From assembly GCA_964016885.1 (NCBI GenBank), contig OZ024743.1, positions 203,360,001 to 203,424,000 of the forward strand: 64,000 nucleotides of DNA. The letters run 5' to 3'. This DNA comes from Eledone cirrhosa (Eukaryota). Positions 42,025 to 55,443 of the stretch are shown in pieces. Positions within the stretch are counted from its first letter, which is position 1, and each line of letters starts with the position of its first letter. The position numbers were made by a program, and so were the translations under genes. The notes beneath the pieces were generated by a model. The model saw only the letters and a list, made by a program, of their open reading frames with translations, had not been told where the DNA came from and ran no database searches.

Positions 42025-43029
42025 GATAAATCTACCAAGAGTTTACGGTAGTGTCCAATCCGTATGAAGAACTCAATGTATTCCGGATATCATGGAAAGA
42101 AGAGATGTAATGAAAAATCACTTTCGGTGAAAGATAAACGGTATACAGAGTCAAGATAGAATATTAAACAAATAATGAATAAAACAATGAAACAGTTCCT
42201 TATATTAAACAAAAAAAGTTCATTATTTAACGATCGTTTCTAGGATATATATGTGTTAGAATTGGCATGCATATTCAACAGATCTATGTACAAAATTATA
42301 CAAAATTATACAAAATTATACAAACTATCAAGATTAAATATACATACCAAACACACATATACGCCGTCTTCAGAAATAATGAAATATATTTATTGATAAT
42401 AACAACAATTCAAAATTTCAGGTCCGTTTGGGAACAAAATTGACCAATGAAAATACAAAAGGTTTTATGCAGTTTGGCGTGTGTATATACATGTAACTAC
42501 CCCGTACACATATTTATACAAAGATGTATGCTCAACATGCATACGCATGCCAAAAAGATGCATGCAAATACAAAATTTCAAGGTTAATGTCTCTGTAAGT
42601 TTATAATGCACAGATAAGATGCGTATAGACACATAAATATGAAATAAGTGTATACACATATTCTCATACTCACACATATCCGTACACTCACACACACGCG
42701 CGCGTATATGCATAAACATACACATAATTACGAACATACATACACACACACACCCCCACACACATATATATATGTGGATATAATATTATCATAAGCACAT
42801 GGATATTAATTCACTCACATAAACACTGCCACACACATTTAGATCAAGATACAGAAATTAGGTGGGAGGGGGGGAGAGGTCAGTATTCAACGGTTTGGGC
42901 AGACTGCTTATTTATAGATGTATCTATAAACTAAGAAATAAAAAATAAAAATTAAAAAGGAAAGAAAAGAAAAAGAAAAAAGAAAAAAGAAATATATCAA
43001 GAAAATATATATATATATATATATACATA

Positions 43030-43069
<40 letters not shown>

Positions 43070-43157
43070 CACACATCTACACTTAGAACACACATACACA
43101 CACATATATAAACATATACATATACACACATACACACATATACACACATACATATAA

Positions 43158-43188
<31 letters not shown>

Positions 43189-43460
43189 TACACATATAAT
43201 CACACATACATATATAGACACACATATATATACACATACACGCACATATACATACACATACATACTTATATACATACAGATATACACATACATACCTATA
43301 TATACACACAAATACATACAGACATACATACATACACACAAATACTTACGCATCCATATATCGGTATATACATACAAACACCACTACACTCTCACACAAC
43401 ACAGACATACAAAGAAAAAGGTATATACCTATACACATATACACATACAAATAGAGATAC

Positions 43461-43492
<32 letters not shown>

Positions 43493-43703
43493 ATATATAT
43501 ATATATACATACACATATACACACATATATATACATACACATACATACATGTATTCACACATACATATACATACATACACACATACACACATACATATAT
43601 AGTCATACACACACATACACCTACACGAACATACACATACACATATATAAAGATATATATACACACACACACATACACACACACACATATATATAAAAAA
43701 TAA

Positions 43704-43758
<55 letters not shown>

Positions 43759-44311
43759 CACATATACATAGACATATATGTACATACATACACATACATA
43801 CATACATATACACACATATATATATATATATATACACACATAGACACATACATACATACACACACAACATACATACACACACATATATACTCATACATAG
43901 ACATAGATATATATTCATACATACATACGCACTTACATATACTCATATATACAAATACATACGCATCCATATATGCGTATATACATACAAACACCACTAC
44001 ACTCTCACACAACTCAGACATACAAAGAAAAAGGTATATACATATACATATATACACACATTAATAGAGATACATATACACATATATATATATATACACA
44101 TACATTTATATATATACACCCACACACACATACAACCATAAACACACATATAAACACACACATACACACATATATACATACATATATATACACACACACA
44201 AAAAAAAAACACACATACACATATATATTTTTTTACACATATATATACATATATATACATATACACACCCTCACATATACACACATACACATAAGTTATA
44301 TTATAATAATA

Positions 44312-44348
<37 letters not shown>

Positions 44349-44383
44349 CGAATATAGACATATATACACACATAGATATACAC

Positions 44384-44414
<31 letters not shown>

Positions 44415-44585
44415 GACTCACATATATATGTGCGCACACGTACATATATACACATACACACATATACACATAAACATATACATGTGCATACATGTACATA
44501 CACACATATAGCCACATAGATACGAAGATAGACATATATATAGAGAGACATACATATATATACACATATATATATACACATACAT

Positions 44586-44628
<43 letters not shown>

Positions 44629-45422
44629 TACACGCCCACACACATATACACATATACACATATATATATATATACATATACACATATATATACACATGCA
44701 TATATACACATATATATATACATACACACATATATATACACACAATCTTACATTCTTATTTGCATGCGCATATATGTATTTTTATATTCAGATATAAATA
44801 CGCAAACATATATAGACCTACCTACATATATATTCATACATACACGCTTACAAACACAGATGATAATAGTATGGGGGAAAGGGGGGGGGGGTTGGAGAAG
44901 GGGATTATAGTAAATATATGTTTCAAGAAACATAGAATATTATCTGTATCTGGATCCCAATATATGTTTTTACATAGTTTCAGTGTTAGGAAATACAAGA
45001 AATAAGGCAAAATTATGCATTTCAAAATAAGTATACCATTAATTATATGTTAACTAAACTAAAGATAGTTAACATATTGATTTCTAAGGTGTAAATTAGT
45101 TAGGTTTATAATATTTGAAGCAGAATTTTGAAGTTAAATAGTAGTAGAGTATTAATTATAGTATAACTAAATTAAAGTTATTAACGTTATGGTATCAATA
45201 TTAGGAAATGAATTTAGTAATAGGGAAAAAACAAATAAAGTATTACATCGGTAGTAGAATATAAATTATAGGTTAACTAAATTAAAAATTATATATTAAT
45301 TTCTATAGTATATGTTAATTAGGTATATAATAAATAAAACAGATATTGTATTTTATCAATAGCAGAATATAATTATATGCAAATAGAAATCAAAATTAAT
45401 ACATATACATATACATATACAT

Positions 45423-45505
<83 letters not shown>

Positions 45506-46267
45506 TACATACACATACATATACATACATACATATACATATTTTTTCAAAAATTGCAAAGAATATATTAACTAGGTATACATCCAAAACACATCCCATT
45601 CTATGATTACATGACACTCTGCAATCCGTCTGTATAAGGATACTAATTTTAAGCCAATTAAATTAAATTTTTAGGTTGACTAAATTTAAAACCAAATTAT
45701 AAATATATTTCTAAAATGTATATTAATTAGGTCTATAATACTAAAAATTATTTCTCTGTCATTGGATACACGATATTTTGTTATATTTTATCTGTAAAGG
45801 AATTTTAATAAAAGGTTTAAATAAATTAAAATTAATCTATAAATTAAATTACTAAGTATATATTAGTAATATTTAAAGGTTTTTCACAATTTATGATTAC
45901 ACAATATTTTATATTCTCATCTGTAGTAGAATTTTAATTAAATTAAATTTATAGGTTAACTAACATTTAAATTAAATTAATTTCTAAAATAATGTTATTA
46001 ATTAGGTTTATAATATTTAAATGTTTTTTTTAGTTTATGATTACACGATATAATTAATTCCTGTCGTTTATTTAATAGGATATCCTTAGATTTCATTATT
46101 TCAAATAGTTCTTGGGAACATAATCTACATTAATTTCTATTATTTTGATAAGGGGTGGCTCTTTTGAGCACACTCCAGGTCAAATCATATTCTATATTCT
46201 TATTTTTATAACTATTGATTTTTTCTGCTAGAGATGTTGTATTAGCCAGTGCGGCATTTTTAAAAAT

Positions 46268-47002
46268 AATAAAAATAATAAACAACATAGAAACCGTAAT
46301 AGACGGGTTACTTGGTATAATGCTCCATTTAATTTACAAATTAAGGATAATATTGCTAAAAAAATTTTTTATATCCTAGAGAAAAACTTCCCGCCAAACC
46401 ACAAATACCATCAAATCTTAAATAGGTCTACAGTTAAATTCTCATACTCAACAACAAATAACATAAAACAAAATATAAGTGCCTATAATGCATATAAATG
46501 TAAGAAAACCATAAGTATACCACCAGTACATCAAATTAACCATAATATCTCCTCAAATACAGAATTAACGAAAGGTTGTAACTGTAGAAACAAAGCAAAC
46601 TGCCCATTAAAAGGGAATTGTCTTGTTAACAACATAGTCTATAAATGTAATGTTAAAACTAAAGATTCTATTTGCTCATATATAGGAGCTACCTCTAACA
46701 ATTTTAAGACAAGATTTAATACCCACAAGCATAGTTTTAAAAATGCCGCACTGGCTAATACAACATCTCTAGCAGAAAAAATCAATAGTTATAAAAATAA
46801 GAATATAGAATATGATTTGACCTGGAGTGTGCTCAAAAGAGCCACCCCTTATCAAAATAATAGAAATGAATGTAGATTATGTTCCCAAGAACTATTTGAA
46901 ATAATGAAATCTAAGGATATCCTATTAAATAAACGACAGGAATTAATTATATCGTGTAATCATAAACTAAAAAAAACATTTAAATATTATAAACCTAATT
47001 AA
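46268..47002 (+). pseudogene. PLE C-terminal fragment (thumb/linker, Cys cluster, GIY-YIG endonuclease); open frame, 5' truncated
   Basis: Read manually: RVTWYNAPF..NFPPNHKYHQILNR..GCNCRNKANCPLKGNC..IVYKC..SYIGATSNNFKTRFNTHK..CRLCSQE..LLNKRQE..CNH. Confidence 0.85.
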
Positions 47003-47494
47003 TAACATTATTTTAGAAATTAATTTAATTTAAATGTTAGTTAACCTATAAATTTAATTTAATTAAAATTCTACTACAGATGAGAATATAAAATATTGTG
47101 TAATCATAAATTGTGAAAAACCTTTAAATATTACTAATATATACTTAGTAATTTAATTTATAGATTAATTTTAATTTATTTAAACCTTTTATTAAAATTC
47201 CTTTACAGATAAAATATAACAAAATATCGTGTATCCAATGACAGAGAAATAATTTTTAGTATTATAGACCTAATTAATATACATTTTAGAAATATATTTA
47301 TAATTTGGTTTTAAATTTAGTCAACCTAAAAATTTAATTTAATTGGCTTAAAATTAGTATCCTTATACAGACGGATTGCAGAGTGTCATGTAATCATAGA
47401 ATGGGATGTGTTTTGGATGTATACCTAGTTAATATATTCTTTGCAATTTTTGAAAAAATATGTATATGTATGTATGTATATGTATGTGTATGTA

Positions 47495-47557
<63 letters not shown>

Positions 47558-48551
47558 ATGTATATGTATATGTATATGTATTAATTTTGATTTCTATTTG
47601 CATATAATTATATTCTGCTATTGATAAAATACAACATCTGTTTTATTTATTATATACCTAATTAACATATACTATAGAAATTAATATATAATTTTTAATT
47701 TAGTTAACCTATAATTTATATTCTACTACCGATGTAATACTTTATTTGTTTTTTCCCTATTACTAAATTCATTTCCTAATATTGATACCATGACGTTAAT
47801 AACTTTAATTTAGTTATACTATAATTAATACTCTACTACTATTTAACTTCAAAATTCTGCTTCAAATATTATAAACCTAACTAATTTACACCTTAGAAAT
47901 CAATATGTTAACTATCTTTAGTTTAGTTAACATATAATTAATGGTATACTTATTTTGAAATGCATAATTTTGCCTTATTTCTTGTATTTCCTAACACTGA
48001 AACTATGTAAAAACATATATTGGGATCCAGATACAGATAATATTCTATGTTTCTTGAAACATATATTTACTATAATCCCCTTCTCCAACCCCCCCCCCCC
48101 TTTCCCCCATACTATTATCATCTGTGTTTGTAAGCGTGTATGTATGAATATATATGTAGGTAGGTCTATATATGTTTGGGTATTTATATCTGAATATAAA
48201 AATACATATATGCGCATGCAAATAAGAATGTAAGATTGTGTGTATATATATGTGTGTATGTATATATATATGTGTATATATGCATGTGTATATATATGTG
48301 TATATGTATATATATATATATGTGTATATGTGTATATGTGTGTGGGCGTGTATGTGTGTGTGTATATATATATATATGTGTGTATGTATGTGTATATATA
48401 TATGTGTATATATATGTATGTCTCTCTATATATATGTCTATCTTCGTATCTATGTGGCTATATGTGTGTATGTACATGTATGCACATGTATATGTTTATG
48501 TGTATATGTGTGTATGTGTATATATGTACGTGTGCGCACATATATATGTGA

Positions 48552-48585
<34 letters not shown>

Positions 48586-48620
48586 GTGTATATCTATGTG
48601 TGTATATATGTCTATATTCG

Positions 48621-48661
<41 letters not shown>

Positions 48662-49218
48662 TATTATTATAATATAACTTATGTGTATGTGTGTATATGT
48701 GAGGGTGTGTATATGTATATATATGTATATATATGTGTAAAAAAATATATATGTGTATGTGTGTTTTTTTTTTTTGTGTGTGTGTATATATATGTATGTA
48801 TATATGTGTGTATGTGTGTGTTTATATGTGTGTTTATGGTTGTATGTGTGTGTGGGTGTATATATATAAATGTATGTGTATATATATATATATATGTGTA
48901 TATGTATCTCTATTAATGTGTGTATATATGTATATGTATATACCTTTTTCTTTGTATGTCTGAGTTGTGTGAGAGTGTAGTGGTGTTTGTATGTATATAC
49001 GCATATATGGATGCGTATGTATTTGTATATATGAGTATATGTAAGTGCGTATGTATGTATGAATATATATCTATGTCTATGTATGAGTATATATGTGTGT
49101 GTATGTATGTTGTGTGTGTATGTATGTATGTGTCTATGTGTGTATATATATATATATATATGTGTGTATATGTATGTATGTATGTGTATGTATGTACATA
49201 TATGTCTATGTATATGTG

Positions 49219-49271
<53 letters not shown>

Positions 49272-49788
49272 TTATTTTTTATATATATGTGTGTGTGTGT
49301 ATGTGTGTGTGTGTATATATATCTTTATATATGTGTATGTGTATGTTCGTGTAGGTGTATGTGTGTGTATGACTATATATGTATGTGTGTATGTGTGTAT
49401 GTATGTATATGTATGTGTGAATACATGTATGTATGTGTATGTATATATATGTGTGTATATGTGTATGTATATATATATATATATATGTGTATATATATAT
49501 ATATATGTATATGTATCTCTATTTGTATGTGTATATGTGTATAGGTATATACCTTTTTCTTTGTATGTCTGTGTTGTGTGAGAGTGTAGTGGTGTTTGTA
49601 TGTATATACCGATATATGGATGCGTAAGTATTTGTGTGTATGTATGTATGTATGTCTGTATGTATTTGTGTGTATATATAGGTATGTATGTGTATATCTG
49701 TATGTATATAAGTATGTATGTGTATGTATATGTGCGTGTATGTGTATATATATGTGTGTCTATATATGTATGTGTGATTATATGTGTA

Positions 49789-49821
<33 letters not shown>

Positions 49822-49909
49822 TTATATGTATGTGTGTATATGTGTGTATGTGTGTATATGTATATGTTTATATATGTGTGTGTATGTGTGTTCTAAGTGT
49901 AGATGTGTG

Positions 49910-49949
<40 letters not shown>

Positions 49950-50596
49950 TATGTATATATATATATATATATATTTTCTTGATATATTTCTTTTTTCTTT
50001 TTTCTTTTTCTTTTCTTTCCTTTTTAATTTTTATTTTTTATTTCTTAGTTTATAGATACATCTATAAATAAGCAGTCTGCCCAAACCGTTGAATACTGAC
50101 CTCTCCCCCCCCTCCCACCTAATTTCTGTATCTTGATCTAAATGTGTGTGGCAGTGTTTATGTGAGTGAATTAATATCCATGTGCTTATGATAATATTAT
50201 ATCCACATATATATATGTGTGTGGGGGTGTGTGTGTGTATGTATGTTCGTAATTATGTGTATGTTTATGCATATACGCGCGCGTGTGTGTGAGTGTACGG
50301 ATATGTGTGAGTATGAGAATATGTGTATACACTTATTTCATATTTATGTGTCTATACGCATCTTATCTGTGCATTATAAACTTACAGAGACATTAACCTT
50401 GAAATTTTGTATTTGCATGCATCTTTTTGGCATGCGTATGCATGTTGAGCATACATCTTTGTATAAATATGTGTACGGGGTAGTTACATGTATATACACA
50501 CGCCAAACTGCATAAAACCTTTTGTATTTTCATTGGTCAATTTTGTTCCCAAACGGACCTGAAATTTTGAATTGTTGTTATTATCAATAAATATAT

Positions 50597-50751
50597 TTCA
50601 TTATTTCTGAAGACGGCGTATATGTGTGTTTGGTATGTATATTTAATCTTGATAGTTTGTATAATTTTGTATAATTTTGTACATAGATCTGTTGAATATG
50701 CATGCCAATTCTAACACATATATATCCTAGAAACGATCGTTAAATAATGAA
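50597..50751 (+). ncRNA. Hammerhead ribozyme with ~115-nt stem II (mirror copy at 42219-42383, minus strand)
   Basis: 10-bp stem I TTCATTATTT/AAATAATGAA; CTGAAGA; long hairpin with G.U pairs; GAAA; palindromic CGATCG; cleavage triplet GUU. Confidence 0.85.
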
Positions 50752-50824
50752 CTTTTTTTGTTTAATATAAGGAACTGTTTCATTGTTTTATTCATTATTT
50801 GTTTAATATTTTATATATATATAT

Positions 50825-50856
<32 letters not shown>

Positions 50857-50861
50857 ATATA

Positions 50862-51216
50862 TACTGCTGTGTATGATTGTGTATAGAAGATTATATTAAT
50901 AAGAGGAATTCCAACTTTGTCTGATTTACTCGTTTTATTTACAATCCTTTAAAATTTATAATGGTATTATAATGAAATAGTATGATAGAATATTAAATTC
51001 TAAGTGTTAATTGAACAAGTACTTTCATAATATGTGGTGACAGTCAAGACTGTCACCACATATTATGAACCTGAAGATTGCGAAAGCATGAAAGTATTTG
51101 TTCAATTAACACTTAGAATTTAATATTCTATCATACTATTTCATTATAATACCATTATAAATTTTAAAGCATTGTAAATAAAACGAGTAAATCAGACAAA
51201 GTTGGAATTCCTCTTA

Positions 51217-51222
<6 letters not shown>
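50862..51222. mobile_element. Fold-back element, ~150-170-bp arms centred at ~51046, with short 5' tail
   Basis: ATTAATAAGAGGAATTCC... / ...GGAATTCCTCTTATTAAT; centre GACAGTCaaGACTGTC. Confidence 0.9.
51066..51104 (+). ncRNA. Minimal hammerhead ribozyme (core deleted in the left arm)
   Basis: TGAAC-CTGAAGA-tTGCgaaaGCAt-GAAA-GTAT(GTAC in the other arm)-TT-GTTCA. Confidence 0.75.
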
Positions 51223-51274
<52 letters not shown>

Positions 51275-51699
51275 TGAGACCGTGGTTAGCGTTGGTTTAA
51301 TCTAGATGTATTTAGTTCAATGTTAGGAAATTTCAGAGATGTAATTACATATATATTGTTATTGTTGGAGAGGTTTGTTGACAATATAAACACACGCAAT
51401 ATTTTAGTCTCGCTACAGTTTTATTTTTAGTTAGGTAACTAATCCACTCTTCTGTTACTTTAGTAACACTCCCAAATAATAATAATATCTGTTTAAACAC
51501 ACGATCCTTCAAAGCAAATACAAAAACGTTGTAATATATATATATATATGGGGGGGGGGATAAACATATGTATAATGGTAATCAAACTGGAGGTTATATC
51601 CGTAGCTGGTAGAGCAGTCAGTTCAGCGGACGAGTTCGGTATAGAGCTAGTTCCACAACTAAAAAGGAGACACGAAACGAACAAACGAACAAGAAAATG

Positions 51700-51885
51700 C
51701 AATAATTGTTTCTACTTTTGACACAAGGCCAGTAATTAATCCAGTGCGTGACTGGTACTTTATTTTATCGACCCCGTAAAGATGAAAGGCAAAGTTAAAA
51801 TCGGCCGGATTTGAACTCAGATCATAAAGGGCCGTAACTCTGTGCTGCAAAGCGTCCGACCTTCTACCGATACTGCCAATCCTCC
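51700..51885 (-). mobile_element. SINE, family A
   Basis: Reverse complement of the family A sequence (TTTCTACTTTTGACACAAGGCC...TACCGATACTGCCAATCC). Confidence 0.85.
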
Positions 51886-51902
51886 AAAGAAGATGCAATA
51901 AT

Positions 51903-51940
<38 letters not shown>

Positions 51941-52639
51941 TTACGGAAGTCACCGAATTTATTTTATTTTAGTGACTCCATGCAATAATAAGTGTGTAGT
52001 TGGAAGCTGGCCTTGCATTACAGAGCGATCACAAATAGTTAGTGAGTTTTACGTTATCAGGGACTGGATACACTGATCTATCTCTTGTACGGAATTCCGT
52101 TTCGTCGCAATTATCCAACTACAACGTTTATTAGAATCGTTATATGCAGAGAACCATGTAACATCAGTAAATGTTACATATTCCAGGCAAATTGCGACTC
52201 ATCAGCAGGGTGCCCTACAATAATATATCGATTTGTAGGGTATAGCTGATAAGTGAGCCCGTTAGTTTGCCGATTCGTGCTATCAATGGGAACTTAAAAT
52301 TAAAAATAAAAAAGAAAAAGACGAAAGACACAGAACTCCATGGTTTTCGGCTGATGAAATGGAATTTGGCAGTTTCGACCTCTACCAAGGATACTGCTGG
52401 TCCAACCGAGGACACAGCATCTGACACAACCCAAACACTGTCCAGTGGAGTAAGAGACGCGTGATAATAGATTACTTGATAGCAATTAGGCTATAACAAG
52501 TACACATGGAATTTTATGTGACGTCATGGAAAAAGTGCGCTGCTTTATATATATGCGTGTGTGGCGGGGGAAATAGTGAGGATCCCGACGGCTGAACCTA
52601 AGTATTGAGTACTCTGGTGCGTTATATATATATATATAT

Positions 52640-52720
<81 letters not shown>

Positions 52721-52722
<2 letters not shown>

Positions 52723-52832
52723 AACCAGTAAGACCCCGACAGCTGAGCTCAAGCCGTTTCGACGGCTAATTCTGAGTCCAGAATTAGCCGTCAAAACGGC
52801 TTGAGCTCAGCTGTCGGGGTCTTACTGGTTCC
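52721..52832. repeat. GC-rich ~110-bp palindrome flush with (TA)n
   Basis: GGAACCAGTAAGACCCCGACAGCTGAGCTCAAGCCG..AATTCTG agtc CAGAATT..CGGCTTGAGCTCAGCTGTCGGGGTCTTACTGGTTCC. Confidence 0.88.
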
Positions 52833-53019
52833 TATTACCCACTCTACTACCTCAAGTATTGAGTACTTTGGTGCGTTATGGTCCACCTGGTTCCTTACCA
52901 CATTTCCTTCGTTATATATATATATATATATATATATATGGAACTGGCTATAGAAACAGCAAGAGCACAGCCATCGGGGTCCTGACTCTTATACAAATAT
53001 GTACATATATATATGTATG

Positions 53020-53212
53020 ATAATTTTTTCTACTTTTGGCACATGGCCAGCAAATATCCCAGTATATTACTGGTGCTTTATTTTATCGACCCCGTAAGGA
53101 TGAAAGGCAAAGTTAACCTCGGCGGGATTTGAACTCAGATCATAAAGAGCCGTAACTCTATGCTGCAAAGCATGGCGTCCGACTCTCTACCGATACTGCC
53201 AATCTACCGCCC
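53020..53212 (-). mobile_element. SINE, family A (full length)
   Basis: Reverse complement begins GGGCGGTAGATTGGCAGTATCGGTAGAG and has the B-box and conserved body. Confidence 0.88.
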
Positions 53213-53227
53213 TATATATAAATATAA

Positions 53228-54035
53228 CTAGCAGCGGGACCCGGAGTTGCACGGGGTAGGAAAACTGAAATAGCAAAACGCATATGCAAAGACTGAGGAA
53301 TGTAGCTGTGTACTTTTTGTATTCCCTTATTCTCAGGGAATGATTGTTCATCTACTGGAAACGTAGAACACCAGCAAGCCCGAATCGTGAAACATCTGTA
53401 TGCATATGCAAAATATGAAGAAAATCAGCTGGATGCTCTTTCAGCGTACTAAATCTTAGAGTATGATTTTTCTTCCATTTGGAGAAAATCGGTTAGGTAC
53501 TTTTCCAATGTTATAGACGCGCACCCTGTCAGACGGACAGACATCAGCTGAAGGAGTGGTGTAGTCAATTGTGTGAAAACCAAGTATGGATGTACGTTTA
53601 AGTAGGGATATTGAGATGATGAAATCAGCATTGCAACGCAGCTGCAGCAGAAGGTGTCATAGTGCAATTAGCACAAACACTGGGTGGCACTGGTTGCACT
53701 GCGTTTACACAGCAACAAAGGTGCGACAAAAGGGGTCACCGTGGAATTAGCACAACCGCTGTTCGGCGTACTTGCGCAGAGCGTTCTACTGCGGTGTAGG
53801 TGCAACAAAAATGGTCTTAGTAAAAGTAGCACAGACGTGATTTTTACGGTGTCAATAACACGTCAACGTACACAAGGCCCGCATTTGCGCGTGATGAAAG
53901 CACGAAATGTCAACAGGGCGCTGACAAAAACTTTAATGTCCTCCTCATTTCCTCAATCCCCCGTAATGGTCCTGCTTAAAAGTAAGTAAGTGTTGTGTCC
54001 TCTGTTAAATAAACGTCAATTTGTCCATGTATAGA
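53228..54035 (-). mobile_element. Non-autonomous Helitron-like element
   Basis: On the minus strand: A|TCTATAC... to hairpin CCCCGTGCAACTCCGGG, then CTGCTAG|T. This matches 5'-TC, subterminal hairpin, 3'-CTAG, A/T insertion site and no TSD. Confidence 0.6.
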
Positions 54036-54265
54036 TTGAATTGAGGGGGCTTCCGTTCAAATGGGATTTGGTGCAGGAAAATAGGGGTTTATCTTTGTTT
54101 TTGTTTCCGCGTATTTATCCTGCCGAAAGTTATTATTATGTCCGTCCAGTATCAGGGGTTTCCAACCCCATGGTAGGGGGGATTTCCGGGTGTAGCTCGT
54201 GGCGGTTCCTCTGTTCTCCACCCTATCGGTTACATCATAGAGCGCTCAACTAATTGGAGCTAAAT

Positions 54266-55344
54266 TCTTAGTGTAAACATTGATGCAATTCAATTCAAGC
54301 ACATTGACAATCATATTGATCATCTATATCATTTTGCATATATGTACTCTATGTGTTTTTGCATTTATTCATTAATTGTTTTTTTTCTTCTGTGTATGTT
54401 ATATCTGGTTTTCTTTTTTGTTGTGTTCCATGTGATGGAAATTCTAACTATGTACCCGACTAAATACTACCTTTCATACCGTAATTTACCCTCCGTTCTA
54501 ACCTACGCTACTATCGTTCAGTATATAGATAATATAACCGTAACATTAATACCCATTTCAAAACTTCTTACTTAAACATCTCTCTGCATATTGTTTACTC
54601 ACTTCAATCTGTATTTTTTTACTCGCCTCAATCCAGATTCTCACTTGAAAAAGTATTAATTTTTAATTGTTGATTTTTAATTTCTAATTATTGATATTTA
54701 ATATTTGATTTATGATTTTCGATTTTAAATTTTAATTTCCAACTCTCATTCATAACTTCCACCGTGAAACCATGATGCATAGAATTAAGTGTATTTTCTC
54801 TTGAAGGTTGATGGTCAATTATACTGTCCATGCTTAATGAGAGGTAGTATTCAGACCTGTGGATACTCACACTCTCCCATCCCGACTGGCTTTCGACTGA
54901 CAGCCACAGACGGGATAGGTAGCAGTAAGCTATATTAAAGGCCTTGAATGGGTCATTGTTTGGCTGAGAGGGGAAACTGACTAAGCGAATTTCGTTGAAA
55001 TATGCGGTAGCTAATGGGCAACTTCCTTCGGACCTGCGCATACCGGTGGGGGTGAATTGGTACTCACATGGGAATAGACGAAGAACCCAAGAGCACACAC
55101 TTCGTCCGTTCCCATGTCGAGTCAATTTGGATTGCCTCGGAAACATAACCTTATTATGTAACAAGCTGCCTGACGATGTCGCGACACTGGCGCACGAACA
55201 GTGTGACAATGTCGCCATTGAAATATATATCACATCATTATTATTAAAAGACTTGAACATCTTAAACTACTTCGCTTTTCCTTATTCGATATTTACTCCG
55301 TCACTCCTCAATGGAATAAGTACGTTAAGTGCTTGAATTGAATT
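54266..55344 (+). mobile_element. Non-coding pLTR-like element with ~37-bp terminal inverted segment and hammerhead
   Basis: CTTAGTGTAAACATTGATGCAATTCAATTCAAGCAC at the left mirrors GTGCTTGAATTGAATTGCATCAATGTTTACCCTAAG at the right; the 3' ~390 bp match 9786-10200. Confidence 0.75.
55165..55236 (+). ncRNA. Hammerhead ribozyme, paralog of 9998-10071 with weakened stem I
   Basis: GCTGC-CTGACGA-..-GAAA-TATATA-TC-ACATC. Confidence 0.65.
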
Positions 55345-55363
55345 GCATCAATGTTTACCCTAA

Positions 55364-55441
<78 letters not shown>

Positions 55442-55443
<2 letters not shown>

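Larger units (their letters stand above)
42026..50810 (+). mobile_element. Giant palindromic PLE insertion: ~4.1-kb inverted arms (42160-46265 / 46735-50810), ~470-bp spacer, ~135-bp tail
   Basis: Arm-to-arm reverse complementarity throughout, also seen as mirrored ORFs (e.g. 42465-42761 vs 50219-50515); PLE coding sequence in the centre. Confidence 0.93.

Noticed and set aside
42160-50810. Giant inverted repeat as a sequencing or assembly fold-back artefact
   Set aside because: The arms differ by SNPs and repeat counts, there is a unique spacer and tail, and the layout matches other PLE insertions in the window. Long-read confirmation is still desirable.
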